A stretch of DNA of 63,397 nucleotides, the filler included, from Trichomonas gallinae (lineage: Eukaryota), in NCBI GenBank assembly GCA_008369845.1. It is 10 parts of 10 records of this genome, joined end to end, with 100 filler letters (N's around TTAATTAATTAA, not from the genome) between each part and the next. Parts side by side here need not be neighbours in the genome. Positions count along the whole stretch, not along the records: positions 45,378 to 47,340 come from MRSU01001435.1; positions 47,441 to 55,351 come from MRSU01001440.1; positions 55,452 to 58,972 come from MRSU01001445.1; 7 more parts are not named here. One strand, written 5' to 3'. Below are positions 45,566-57,452 of this stretch, in pieces (position 1 is the stretch's first letter; the number at the start of each line of letters is the position of its first letter). The notes beneath the pieces are model-generated. The model searched no databases, had not been told where the DNA came from, and saw only the letters and a program-made list of their open reading frames with translations. The position numbers and the translations under genes are program-made.

Positions 45566-47026
45566 TCATATTTGTATTTTAAAAATTTTGGAGTTGACAT
45601 CAAGTACATTTTTGTATGTTTGATTTTTCTGTGTTTCCTTAATGATTAGCTCCTTTGTATTACAGATGAAGGATAAAGGAATGATCTTGATTTCATCTTG
45701 AGACTCGAAGCTTACTAAGTTTGAATCTTCAGCGAATCGAAACACGAAAAACAAAGCCATGTTACCAGAGTCCTTCCTATATAATGCTGCATTATCAGGA
45801 AGAGAAGCTATTGCAGTGTTTTCACCTTTCATTTCGCTCCATAGAGGCGTGAAGTTCTTGAAAATGATGAGGAGGAACTTCAGCTAAGTTATATTTCTTC
45901 CATCCTTCACATTCGATTTCTCCTGTGTCATCACTTGGCAGCTCGTATCTGACGAGGATCTCCTTCAGCTTCCAATTCATTCCATCTATGAAGACGATGG
46001 AATGCATGTTTTTGTTTTCAAGCAATGAAGGAAACTCCGTGTCATTCCAAACATTTCCATACTTGCCTGTCGTAGGATCTGGATTGCCAAAGAGAAAGAA
46101 GGCGCTGCCGCGTGCTCTTTGGGCAAGAGGCCCAGAGAGGGAATTCCAAAAGAAGTCAAAAATATAAGCACTTCTGGGGGATTCAATAAATTGTCTAATG
46201 ATTGTTTTGATGTCAATTCTTTCAATCATTTTGGAATAATCACTTGCAACATCCGCAACGCTAACCCTTCTTTTGCTATTCCAATTCACTGCAATATTGT
46301 CTAAGCGTGACCAAAACAGAATCAGATCTTCTGATGAGCTCATAAAACTACGTTCATCAATGATTTCACAGACAATTCTATCAATTGAAGGAACCTGTTG
46401 AACTGTATTTTTTGGATACGTAATTATTTCTTGAAATTTACGATATTAGTGAAAATTTTCTTGACCAAACTCAATATTCATATCACTTTCATCACTTTCA
46501 AGTATCTTGCGAACTCTATTTAAATCAAGCCGAATTCTCTTTATTTTTTTGAAATCTCTAATTCTTGATAGTTATCTGTGACTTTCGTACAATAGTCAAA
46601 GATATTCAATGTATAATCTCCACAAAACATGTGTCCATTAAAGTTGGCACTAATTAGGGGCTATAATTGTGAAAAGATTCTCCTCAAAACTGAGTGTAGG
46701 GTTGAATCTACGTTTCTGTCTTCCAAGAAACTCAGTATATCATTAAGTAATCCGAATATATGCGTTTTGAGAAGGTTAGTACCATTCTTTGAAATGATAT
46801 CTTTGTATAATGCAATGAAAGCATCTTTATCAATGTTGTCCTTGATGAGTAACTCTTTGAAAAGATTGGCGTTGATTTGGAATAAGCCAATAAGAAAACA
46901 CTCTTCATTTCCAGATACATCATCTAAGTGGCGTGTTTCGAAGGCCTTATGTTTGGAATGGCATAGCTATTCAAGGGCAGTGATCACATTATCATCGAGA
47001 GGCATGCCACTCGCATAATCATGCAT
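45566..47026 (-). pseudogene. Disrupted gene of unknown family
   Basis: From ATG 47026 reads MHDYASGMPLDDNVITALE*LCHSKHKAFE...IFSQL*PL with in-frame TAGs, continues into the 45822-46343 ORF, and frameshifts near 45830 into 45566-45832. Confidence 0.55.
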
Positions 47027-47340
47027 CTCAATGAGTAGCACTTTTTAGCATATCAAAATTAATTGATATTTCATTTTGGGGAAAATAATGATCAAAAAAG
47101 AAAGCACTATATATATTATCCAGTTAACTTAACTTAACGGTTTTTTGTTGTCAGAAGATCCACATCAAAAATATGCTAAAAACGAAGATTCGGGTCTAGA
47201 AATATGTATTAAAGATATATTTGATAATTAAAATCGGAAATATTTTATTTTCACAAAAAAGTCATAATTATTTTCTTGATGAAATATGATTCTATACATC
47301 ATTCCTAATCATAAAATTGAATGAAATCAAAGATTTGTAT

Positions 47341-47440
47341 NNNNNNNNNNNNNNNNNNNNNNNNNNNNNNNNNNNNNNNNNNNNTTAATTAATTAANNNN
47401 NNNNNNNNNNNNNNNNNNNNNNNNNNNNNNNNNNNNNNNN
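47341..47440. other. Artificial contig spacer
   Basis: N44-TTAATTAATTAA-N44. Confidence 0.98.
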
Positions 47441-48337
47441 CATTTTTTGTAAAGATTTTTTGTAAATTCAAGATTTTTGACATTCTGTTTAACAAAAAAG
47501 TGTTTTAATTTAATGATATAACATCTATTATAATACCAAATTTGAATGCACTCTAAGAAAAATGCTTTTCTCTATGTGTTGTTTTTTCGAATATATATAT
47601 ATCAACTTAACATGATATTTGAGTCAAAATAACTTGACATCTCGAAAGCATGCAGCATGGAAAGTGATTCTGATATAATCTCCACAATATCGAATTCGAT
47701 TTTCTGGATAAATAAAAATATTTCTCTATCCCTTTAAAAGATAGATTATTATATGTAGAATAAAAATATTTTAAAATTTTCCCGAAAAAGCCATTTTTTG
47801 ACCGCGGCACCTCTTCTTTATCATTGTGATTTCTCCTTCTATTATTATTGACTTCATTAATTATGTGCAAAACATTCTATAACAAAGATGGTCCTATCAA
47901 TCTTTTTGATTAATCGGAATAAATATGAAATGATAATTCCATTGCAGAATTTAGATATTTATATTATATAATGACGATTTTCATCCATAAATTCGTAAAA
48001 TAGCCACGATTTTTATTTTAATAATTGAGAAAACGATGAAGCGTGAATTCACTTATTGAAATGATCGGTTTATTCAAAAGTTATGCAATATCATAAGTAA
48101 CTATGCAAAATGATTAGAAACTTGTTCACTTTTTAAAACTTCGATCAATGTGTTGCGAAACTTCTTTTATCCATCCGCACATAGCTTAAATATGAATTTT
48201 AACGCGGCGATTTCCTTGAACTCTATTATTTGTCTGATTTCTGATATTTGAATTGACTCTATCAAAATTTTGAAAAAAGCAGAAAAATTATCGTTTCTTC
48301 TCAAATTAACATCACTTAATCAACTCATTTTTGAACA

Positions 48338-49681
48338 ATGGAGTGTGTCCAAGCTGTTCTTGAACAAGTTAAAGCTCGCGATCCAATGGAGAAGGAATTT
48401 ATCCAGGCAGTCACTGAGGTTCTGACATCTCTCATTCCAATCCTTGAGAAGGAACCAAAGTATCAAAAGATCCTTCCAGCTCTTGTTGAGCCAGAGCGTG
48501 TCATCATGTTCCGTGTCCCATGGGTCAATGACAAAGGCGAGATGATGGTTAACCGTGGTTACCGTGTCCAATTCAACTCTGCAATTGGCCCATACAAGGG
48601 TGGATGCCGTTTCCGTGGCAATGTTAACCTTTCCATCTTGAAGTTCCTCGGATTTGAGCAGGTCTTCAAGAACTCTCTTACAACACTTCCAATGGGTGGT
48701 GGCAAGGGTGGTTCTGATTTTGATCCAGCCGGAAAATCAGATGGCGAAGTCATGAGATTCTGCCAGTCATTCATGCTTGAGCTTGCACGACACATTGGCG
48801 GCAACACAGATGTACCAGCTGGTGATATTGGTGTTGGTGCTCGTGAAATTGGCTACATGTTTGGTCAGTACAAGCGTCTGAAGAATGTCTTTGAGGGTGT
48901 TCTTACAGGCAAAGGAATTGCCTTCGGTGGTTCACTCATCCGTCCAGAAGCTACAGGATTTGGTCTTGTCTACTTTGTCACAGAAATGCTCCGTGCCCGC
49001 AACCAGGAAATCACAGGCAAGCGTGCGATGGTCTCCGGCTCTGGCAATGTTGCCCAGTATTGCTGCAAGAAGTTGATGCAGCTTGGTGCTATTCCAGTTT
49101 CCTGCTCTGATTCTCATGGTGTTCTTCTTTTCAAGGATGGAATGAACGAAGAACATCTCAAGGCTGTACAGCACATTAAGAATGTTGCCCGTACAGAACT
49201 GAAGAAGATTTCTGAGCTCTTCCCAGATCTCAAAGGGTACGAGTACATCGATGGCAAATCAGTTTGGGCCTGCGAAATTCCATGCGAAATGGGCCTTCCA
49301 TGTGCTACACAGAACGAAATTCTTCCAGAACACGTTCCAATCATGGTTAAGAATGGCGTCAAACTTCTTGCTGAAGGTGCTAACATGCCATCAACAAACG
49401 AGACAATCGAACTCTACATGAAAGAGAATATCTACTACGGCCCAGGTAAGGCCGCTAATGCTGGTGGCGTTTCCGTCTCTGGCCTCGAAATGACACAAAA
49501 CTCAGTCCGTCTCGCTTGGTCAGCTGAAAAGGTCGACAAGAAACTCAAGTCAATTATGCACGACATCTTCGAGGCTGCTCACGCTGCTTCTGAGCAATAT
49601 AATGTTCCACTCTACAAGGGTGCTAACCTTGCTGGCTTTAAGCGCGTTGCTGAGGCCATGCTTGCTTACGGTTGCTGCTAA
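48338..49681 (+). CDS. gdhA: NADP-specific glutamate dehydrogenase
   Basis: GPYKGG, PMGGGKGGSDFDP, DVPAGDIGVG, RPEATGFG, SGSGNVA, EGANMP and KAANAGGV. Inr TCATT 12 nt upstream; TAAA stop. Confidence 0.97.
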   Translation: MECVQAVLEQVKARDPMEKEFIQAVTEVLTSLIPILEKEPKYQKILPALVEPERVIMFRVPWVNDKGEMMVNRGYRVQFNSAIGPYKGGCRFRGNVNLSILKFLGFEQVFKNSLTTLPMGGGKGGSDFDPAGKSDGEVMRFCQSFMLELARHIGGNTDVPAGDIGVGAREIGYMFGQYKRLKNVFEGVLTGKGIAFGGSLIRPEATGFGLVYFVTEMLRARNQEITGKRAMVSGSGNVAQYCCKKLMQLGAIPVSCSDSHGVLLFKDGMNEEHLKAVQHIKNVARTELKKISELFPDLKGYEYIDGKSVWACEIPCEMGLPCATQNEILPEHVPIMVKNGVKLLAEGANMPSTNETIELYMKENIYYGPGKAANAGGVSVSGLEMTQNSVRLAWSAEKVDKKLKSIMHDIFEAAHAASEQYNVPLYKGANLAGFKRVAEAMLAYGCC

Positions 49682-49831
49682 ACATAATAGTAAATCTGAA
49701 TAATAGTTGCAACAATTTCTTAGTATTTTTGTTATTGCATATTCATTTCGAATTCGATTTGAAAAAACTATTTTTTTGTCAAATATTTAATTATTATATT
49801 ACAAACAAACAAAAAATTTAACAACAGCAAA

Positions 49832-51991
49832 TTAAATATCAGTTTCATCGCCTTCGAGATTTTCTGTGACATTTTCATGAGTTTTATCTGAATTATTGAT
49901 TCCTTGGGCATCATATTCGTATTCATTTTCGCATCCTTTAGCTTCCGTAAATATTCTATCTTGAATCGATGCTAAATCATTTTTGAAAGCATCCAAATCG
50001 AAATCATCATGGTGCTGATTGCCGATAAAATTCAAATAATCTTTTGTAGAATTTATCATGTAGTTTAATCGTTCATCAAGTGTTGTCAACCTCTTCTTTT
50101 TATCAAGCATGATGAAATAATCCTTTAACTCTGGACCAAGTCTTGCTGGATTGATACCTAGCACAAACATATCTTCGTGTGGCACATCGCACTGCAATAT
50201 GTTGTCGCTAATCGCAATCTGTTTCCAAAGATCGAAAAATGATTGAGGTGTGTGTGGGCGAAATCCATCCGCACCGACTTCAACTAATGATTTCATTTTC
50301 ATGAGTAGATCTTTGTAACCATCCATTCCATTATCGCCTGCATTCTTGCATGACAAAACCAATCTTTTCAGCTGCAAATCGCTAAGAGAATTCATGAACT
50401 GAAGAAAAACTGTAGTCTGAAATTTTCCACTTAAGTCTAGACCTTTAACTGGAATTAAATGCATCAATTGTGTAAGATATGACAAAAAAAGTGTTGAATC
50501 ACCGGAAGTAATTTCGTTAAATGATAAGAGTCGGCAGTTTTTCTGTGTAAACAATAAGGCGAAAAAGAACCTCATTGATGGCTTAGGAATGAAATTGCCA
50601 CTCCAGTCTATTTCACTGAAATTTGGTTTTATTCTATTGAATTCAAGCTGACCTAAAATTTCAATAAATTCGCTCTTCAAAACTAATTCACATGCTTGAA
50701 GGATGTATGGAACATCAACATCCTTATACAATAAAAACTCTAGCATTGTTTTGAACGTTGTTTCTGAAAATGATGAATAAGATAAATTAAACATCAAAAG
50801 TGATTTTGGAAGTTCCAGATCAAATGCTACATCTGTTTTGAACTGTACATGAGTTAGGCATAATGCTCGTAATTTTGTATGTGATGTACAAACTGCCTTT
50901 AAGAGATGAGTTGCATCAATATCAAGGCAAGCACGAACTGTAAGCGAAATTAATGATGCTGTGAATCCAAGTAACCTTGTGATGTCGAAGAAAGGAAATG
51001 GCTTCATTGTTACCCTAACCAAGTAAAGATATCGAACGCCGCATGCAGAGGTGGATTCTGAGAAACAAGTAACAATATCACCGAATTCTTGCGGTCTGAG
51101 AACGCATGATGCAATAATAATTTCATCCATGGGTGAAGGGAGCATAGCGGAGTTATAAAACATCGAGTAAATTACTTTACCACAGGATCGCATGAACCAA
51201 TATCTCTTTACTGTAGTTTTTTCAATCTGTTCAAGCTCCAAATTGAAAGATTTTTTTTCAGAATAATCTGAAAAAGCAATTCTTTGAATATGTTGCGAAT
51301 TTTGTAGTATAGATGTAATCAATTGTGAAATTTTCGACATTGTGCAGCTCTGAAAACAAACCGTATTAACGTTTGGGTCCCACGCGATTGCATGGCCAAA
51401 TGGCACAACAAAATTTCCTGGATGGAACCTAGGACCTATAACAAGAAGGTTTTTCCCACTTTCCTCAAATTTTGTAAAATAATCAAAAGCTTCAATATGT
51501 TTTCCATTTTGATCATAATAATGCGCCATAAATAAGGCTCTATGTCGTAGTGCATCATAAGGACGTATGGTAACTTGATAACTTGGTAACTGAATATCTG
51601 ATTCTATTATCATGGATCTGAAATCTTTAACTCCCAAAGTACATTCCGAATAAATAGACAGAATTGCACCCGAAATCTCTATTATTTCTGGTGCTTTGAT
51701 TTGCAAGCCTGTTTGTTCAAAAACAAAAGTAATCTGATTTGCTTTGAGTTCAAATTTACGACATTTCATTAAACTATAACGGTTCGTAAGTTCAATATTA
51801 CCGAACATTGAGGATTTAAATATGTAAATCGATCCAAATGTTGCTAGAATGTATCCATTAATGAATTTATCGTCTGAGTTCTCAATGAATTCAACTTTAG
51901 TGGCTAGGATTGGCTTCTCTCCTTCAATGAAAACATTTTTCAACATAGCTTGAAGAATATTATCATTAACGGAGAGATAAGATTGATCCAT
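49832..51991 (-). CDS. CARMIL-like PH + leucine-rich-repeat protein
   Basis: N-terminal PH-like region (ILATFGSIYIF) followed by degenerate LRRs (FNLSYS, IDWSGNFI, LDLSG). First ATG (MDQSY) at 51991. Confidence 0.65.
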   Translation of the reverse strand: MDQSYLSVNDNILQAMLKNVFIEGEKPILATKVEFIENSDDKFINGYILATFGSIYIFKSSMFGNIELTNRYSLMKCRKFELKANQITFVFEQTGLQIKAPEIIEISGAILSIYSECTLGVKDFRSMIIESDIQLPSYQVTIRPYDALRHRALFMAHYYDQNGKHIEAFDYFTKFEESGKNLLVIGPRFHPGNFVVPFGHAIAWDPNVNTVCFQSCTMSKISQLITSILQNSQHIQRIAFSDYSEKKSFNLELEQIEKTTVKRYWFMRSCGKVIYSMFYNSAMLPSPMDEIIIASCVLRPQEFGDIVTCFSESTSACGVRYLYLVRVTMKPFPFFDITRLLGFTASLISLTVRACLDIDATHLLKAVCTSHTKLRALCLTHVQFKTDVAFDLELPKSLLMFNLSYSSFSETTFKTMLEFLLYKDVDVPYILQACELVLKSEFIEILGQLEFNRIKPNFSEIDWSGNFIPKPSMRFFFALLFTQKNCRLLSFNEITSGDSTLFLSYLTQLMHLIPVKGLDLSGKFQTTVFLQFMNSLSDLQLKRLVLSCKNAGDNGMDGYKDLLMKMKSLVEVGADGFRPHTPQSFFDLWKQIAISDNILQCDVPHEDMFVLGINPARLGPELKDYFIMLDKKKRLTTLDERLNYMINSTKDYLNFIGNQHHDDFDLDAFKNDLASIQDRIFTEAKGCENEYEYDAQGINNSDKTHENVTENLEGDETDI

Positions 51992-52570
51992 TAAAAAACT
52001 GTTGATTTTTTTTTCGGAAATGAAATACAAGCATTTCTGCTGTTATTAGGAATTTGAAGCCCTAAACATTTATATCAAATTTAAGTTATTGTAATTTCAA
52101 CTCCTAACGTTTGTTATTGAAATAACCACACGTGATGGATAATTGCGAAAATCATGTAATTTGACTATATATCCATTAATTTGTAGTAAAAATTAAATTT
52201 CGTTGATTGCTTTTTTTCAAAATTTAAATTTTTGTATTATTGACATAAAGAATATATTCTCTAAGCGCTAAAAATCAAAAATATCATTGCCAATTGAGAA
52301 TTTAAATGCTCTTAAGATATTCGATTAATTAAAACTATGAGAACCGCAATTAGTATGAAATAGAATGAGTATATGCATGAGGGCATTAGCATTGGTGCAG
52401 GCTATAGACATTTACAGGTTGATCAAAATCGTAAAAATTTCAAAATGAAAACACGAAAAATCGAATCAATCTAAACAGCCTATCAAAAACAGATTAAATT
52501 TAACGAAAAGGTTAAAAAGTTTTCGCGCTTTGAAAAAATCGTGAGTTTTTGATAAACCAAATTTCAACAA

Positions 52571-54763
52571 ATGAACGGATTACCACCTCCACCAGGAGGA
52601 ATTGGCGGCTTACCACCGCCCCCAAGTGGAATTGGAGGTCTTCCACCTCCGCCTGGAGGCATGGGTAGCTTTCCTCCACCTCCAGGATTTGGATACAATC
52701 GTGGAATTACCCCATTAAGCACTGGATTACCACCATCAGGAGGAAATGGTCTTCCTCCACCTCCTGGCGCATTTAATGGACTTCCACCACCAATTGGTCA
52801 ATTTGGGTCTGGAAGAGGACTGGGTACTGGTTTACCACCACCACCAGGAGGCTCTAACAGTGGTTTGCCTCCACCTCCAAACGGATCAACAAGTAGATTT
52901 CCATTACCACCAACAAGCAATTTCAACTCAGGCAGAGGCTTAGGTACGACATTGCCACCACCACCAAATGGTTCTACTGGCTTACCTCCACCTCCAGGCG
53001 GATCAACAATTAGATTTCCATTACCACCAACAAGCAATTTCAACTCAGATAGAGGCTTAGGCACGACATTGCCACCATCACCAAATGGTGCCAGTGGCTT
53101 GCTTCCTCCACCAGGGGGTATGGTAGGATTACCTCCTCCTCCTGTTAATTCTGGTGGTTTACCACCGCTATCAAGCTTACAACAATCAGGTGGCTTCCCA
53201 CCACCACCTATGTCAACTGGTTTGAACTCTGGCAGAGGGATTACACCATTATCTACTGGATTACTTCCACCGCCAGGCACTGGTGAATTACCACCACCAC
53301 CAGGTGGTGCTGGATTGCCATTACCACCTCCAGGAACTGGCGGTTTACCACCTCCTCCATTGAATCAGTTTGGATCTGGAAGAATTGCTCCCCCAAGCTC
53401 AGAAATTCCTCTTCCAGTATCTGGTATCGGCATACCACCAATGACAAGCTACCAATCAGGAAGAATTGCAGTCACGACTGGTCAGATTCCACCAACAGGA
53501 ACCATGGCTCAACCAGGGTTTGCAGGACCAGCTCCACCTCCACAATTGAACTCAATGAATTTTCAATCTCAAATGTCTTATCAGTCAAATATGATAGGTC
53601 CTACACTATCAACAATGGGGCCTCGAATGGGTCCACCGGTTCCTTCAATGACTGGACCACGAGATGACTTAGGTCCAGAAACTTCACTCTTGAAAACATG
53701 CAAAGTATGCTCCAAACCATGTAAGGACAAGTATATCTTTGCATTTGGCAACTGCTATTGCCCGGGTTGTCTAAATTGCAGTATGCTAGGCTGTCAAAAG
53801 CCACTCTCACCTCCAGAAATTGTTATGTATAAAGAAAATCCAATTTGCTTGCAATGTGCAAAAGTTAACGGCAAGCTCAATCGTTGCCCAGTATGTCAGG
53901 AGTTCTTGATTAATAATGAAGATATAATTACAATAAGAGATTTGAACTTAACGATTCATGCCGATTGTCTAAGATGCTGCGAGTGCTCATGCAAGCTTCA
54001 GCCTTCAAACTATCAAATAATCAAAGATCAAATATGTTGCGAATCATGCAAACATTTAGCCCAACAGAGGGCATGTAGAGAATGCCAAGAGCCAATTCTG
54101 GGCAGGTTTGTATATGATCGATCACACTTTTTCCATATTGACTGTTTCAGATGTTCAGAATGCGATAAACAGCTTAGCGGTAAGAACTTTGTCGTTCACC
54201 ACAATCGCTATTACTGTCCAGAACAAGGTATTAGATATCTTAAGACATGCTCATATTGCAAGAACGAGATTTCGATGACTGAATTAAACAAGCTTAGATG
54301 GCAGAACAAATGGTACCATAAAAGATGTTTTGTTTGCAGAATTTGCGGTATCCAGTTAGAAACAAAAGATGCATTTTGTTGCCACAACAGACCTCATTGC
54401 AAACGTTGCTTTGATCAAAGAGTTAAAGAAGGAGATGTTACTGAATCAGGAAGGACGCCTTCAAATCACGAACATGCACATAAACCTTCCGTATCTCGTC
54501 AACTACGTGAAAGATTTATGAAAAAGTTTGGAGATGAGAAATTTAGAATGCCTAAATACGCTAATGAAGAAGAAAAAGAGAAATCTGATTCGGTTAAAAT
54601 GTCAAAACATTCTAGTAAAAAAGGATCAGGTTCGGGACATTCAAGCAGAAAAGGCTCTGGATCAAGTCACAGGGAACACGAAAGTCATAAAGGGCATAGG
54701 AAATCATCATCGAGTAGCAGTGATCATTATAAGAGCCATAGATCTCATAGATCAAGACATTAA
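52571..54763 (+). CDS. Pro-rich LIM-domain protein (paxillin/zyxin-like architecture)
   Basis: About 20 GLPPPP-type repeats, four LIM domains (CxxC...HxxCxxCxxC...CxxC) and a His/Ser/Lys-rich tail. Confidence 0.92.
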   Translation: MNGLPPPPGGIGGLPPPPSGIGGLPPPPGGMGSFPPPPGFGYNRGITPLSTGLPPSGGNGLPPPPGAFNGLPPPIGQFGSGRGLGTGLPPPPGGSNSGLPPPPNGSTSRFPLPPTSNFNSGRGLGTTLPPPPNGSTGLPPPPGGSTIRFPLPPTSNFNSDRGLGTTLPPSPNGASGLLPPPGGMVGLPPPPVNSGGLPPLSSLQQSGGFPPPPMSTGLNSGRGITPLSTGLLPPPGTGELPPPPGGAGLPLPPPGTGGLPPPPLNQFGSGRIAPPSSEIPLPVSGIGIPPMTSYQSGRIAVTTGQIPPTGTMAQPGFAGPAPPPQLNSMNFQSQMSYQSNMIGPTLSTMGPRMGPPVPSMTGPRDDLGPETSLLKTCKVCSKPCKDKYIFAFGNCYCPGCLNCSMLGCQKPLSPPEIVMYKENPICLQCAKVNGKLNRCPVCQEFLINNEDIITIRDLNLTIHADCLRCCECSCKLQPSNYQIIKDQICCESCKHLAQQRACRECQEPILGRFVYDRSHFFHIDCFRCSECDKQLSGKNFVVHHNRYYCPEQGIRYLKTCSYCKNEISMTELNKLRWQNKWYHKRCFVCRICGIQLETKDAFCCHNRPHCKRCFDQRVKEGDVTESGRTPSNHEHAHKPSVSRQLRERFMKKFGDEKFRMPKYANEEEKEKSDSVKMSKHSSKKGSGSGHSSRKGSGSSHREHESHKGHRKSSSSSSDHYKSHRSHRSRH

Positions 54764-55351
54764 ACTAATAATCTAATATAACTATTTTTGTATGTATTTT
54801 TTTTTTTTATGAGTCTATAAAGTTTCCAAGCGAATCTTTTGCTTGAAATGTGTTGTTTCATGTAGATTTTAGTACGAATCTGTCGATTTTGCTTAATCCC
54901 ACACTTAGCCTAAAGTTCCAATGAATCAAATTACAGGAAAGATAGTTCGAAAAGTGTCATATATAAAGCTTGTGATAGATATTTTGTTGGCAGTACGCCC
55001 TTGTTTTGAGGCAAACTACGAGCAACTTTATCTATAAATACACTAAATTTGCCAATCGACATAACAATAAGCAGGAAAAAAGCCAAAATCGACATGTTAA
55101 TTTCATCGTACTTCATTTGACTAAGATAATGACGTATTCTTAGTCATATATCAAAACATCCGTCAACATCTTCGCTAAACAGAACAGTTTTCTAATAAGT
55201 CTCGACTTTGGACTACAAAGCACCGTAAATGCTACAAAAATAGTGATCACTACATTATAATACATCCCCCGCATACATTAAAACCTGAAAATCACGTACT
55301 ATGTCAAAACCTACGTGTTGTAAAGAGACTTTATTGATCATTCTCTAGGCT

Positions 55352-55451
55352 NNNNNNNNNNNNNNNNNNNNNNNNNNNNNNNNNNNNNNNNNNNNTTAAT
55401 TAATTAANNNNNNNNNNNNNNNNNNNNNNNNNNNNNNNNNNNNNNNNNNNN
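55352..55451. other. Artificial contig spacer
   Basis: N44-TTAATTAATTAA-N44. Confidence 0.98.
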
Positions 55452-55825
55452 TGGTTTTAGTATGTCACAGCTTACTTTCGCTCCATTGGGTTTCGTCCGT
55501 TAAAATAAGGTTCTGAGTTGCAATACCTTTTCTCAAATTAATATTTTCATTTTAATATCTCAAATATTAGCTAATTTCCTTATAATCTATTATAAAGATC
55601 ATAAAGAAGATAATAAATACTTGCTTTTCATAATAAAGTAACGCGCAATTTTTTTTTTTATTTTCTACAACTATTCGATAATTAAAGCTGAACTAACATA
55701 ACAAGTATCTATTTTAAAAAATCATGATTATACTAAAATTCCATCAATAAGTATGGAACATATTTTCATTTCTTTATTAACGCGAAGAAGCTTGCTATTT
55801 CCTGATCTGGGAATGAACTATGATT

Positions 55826-56450
55826 TCATAATAACAAGTGAGATAACAGAAAGATATCGATCTGAAAATGAGAATATGCAGCCACATGAAAGCTGAAGTC
55901 TTTCATCACAACATTTTTATTATTATTATTATGAACATCAAATATTTCGCTATTATAATCAAATGATGATGCATTTTCTCCATTCCAAACAATATTATCA
56001 CCAAAATTGAAAGTATTATCTTCGAAATAACAATTTTCTATGGTTATGTCGCCATATCCAATAGTAAAATATTCATATTTGTGATCATTTTTAATGAATC
56101 TGCAGCTTTTAATTAAGCAGTTTGAATTTCTAACCATATCAGTACCAAGAAAATTACAAGAAAAGTTACAATTAGTTAATCCAATATTTAGGCTACTTTC
56201 TGCATCAATAACCGCACCTTGCTCTACTCTTGAATTAGTTAGAATTGAATAGTCTATTTTTGTAAAACCAAATGGATCTCTTTTAACATAATATTATTCA
56301 TGCCATATCAATTATTTTCGAGTATTTTGTAATACATTAAATTGCCTAAGTTTTATTTAGAATTATGAACGCAACAACCAAAAGATATCGTTCTGAAAAA
56401 ACGAAAAAAACACCACATGAAAATTGAATTTGTTATAACAGCATGTTTGA
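55826..56450 (-). pseudogene. Truncated tandem copies of the 56505-57452 gene
   Basis: ENCYFEDNTFNF..VWNGENASS parallels ENCYFEGNNFTF..IWNGVNASS; the 3' tail AAAGATATCGATCTGAAAA..CCACATGAAA recurs near 55850, 56380 and 56540. Confidence 0.6.
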
Positions 56451-56504
56451 TTGCTATAACAAATATTAGAATTAATTCCATCTCCAAGAGAAAATGATGA
56501 GTAA

Positions 56505-57452
56505 TTAAGAATTATTTAGAATCACAAGCGAGATTACTGAAAGATATCGATCTGAAAAAACGAACTGACAGCCACATGAAACATTAATTTTTTCATTGCA
56601 GCATTCTTGATTTTTACTCGGAATGCTTTTAATCGAATAACAGTTTAGGTTATTATGAAATTCAAAATTATTTTCCAATGAAGATGCATTTACTCCATTC
56701 CAAATTACTTTTTCACTGAATGTAAAGTTGTTACCTTCAAAATAACAATTCTCACAATCACATCTTTCATTATAAAATGAAATAAACTTTGATTCTAATT
56801 CTATATTGTTTTGAGAAAAAAGACAACTTTTTAATATAAGTATAAAGACATTAAAAAATATAATACCAGCAGTGTTATTGATGAAATCACAATTTTTCAA
56901 ATGATATTTGACTTGATACCCATATATTATAGAACCTGATTCTAAAAATGAGTTTACGACTGATAAATATTCTATTTTTGAGTCTTTGAAAGCAACTAAG
57001 AAACCACTGTATTTTACATGAACTTCTGTAGCATTAATTTGATTGAAGAAGCTATTATCCAATGATAGCAATTGAGATTTTAGCGACTGACCACATTCAA
57101 AAAATAAAGAACTATTAATAAAACTTTCGCCAGAAATATGCAAACATTGCCCATCATTAGAATCATGACCATAACCATAACACAGTCTTATGCATGTTTT
57201 ATATTGATAATATTGGCAATGTATTGCTCTTGCTACTGATCCAGTGCCAGCTGTACTCACTTTTACGAAGGTACAATCATTAACATATATCATTATTTCA
57301 TTTCTTCGATAATAGTTTATAACAGAATCTGAAATTGAAGAAAAAAGTGATTTTTCGACAAGTGTTTTGCAATTTATTCCTTCATCAAAATTAAATTTTT
57401 TTAATTCAGGAGAATTATTGTATAAATCACTCCAATCTGAGCATATCCTCAT
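56505..57452 (-). CDS. Cys/Asn-rich beta-helix-like family protein (signal peptide disrupted)
   Basis: NDCTF, NCDFINNT, SCLFSQN and NCYFEGN repeats; the upstream in-frame ATG at 57473 is followed by TAA TAA. Confidence 0.6.
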   Translation of the reverse strand: MRICSDWSDLYNNSPELKKFNFDEGINCKTLVEKSLFSSISDSVINYYRRNEIMIYVNDCTFVKVSTAGTGSVARAIHCQYYQYKTCIRLCYGYGHDSNDGQCLHISGESFINSSLFFECGQSLKSQLLSLDNSFFNQINATEVHVKYSGFLVAFKDSKIEYLSVVNSFLESGSIIYGYQVKYHLKNCDFINNTAGIIFFNVFILILKSCLFSQNNIELESKFISFYNERCDCENCYFEGNNFTFSEKVIWNGVNASSLENNFEFHNNLNCYSIKSIPSKNQECCNEKINVSCGCQFVFSDRYLSVISLVILNNS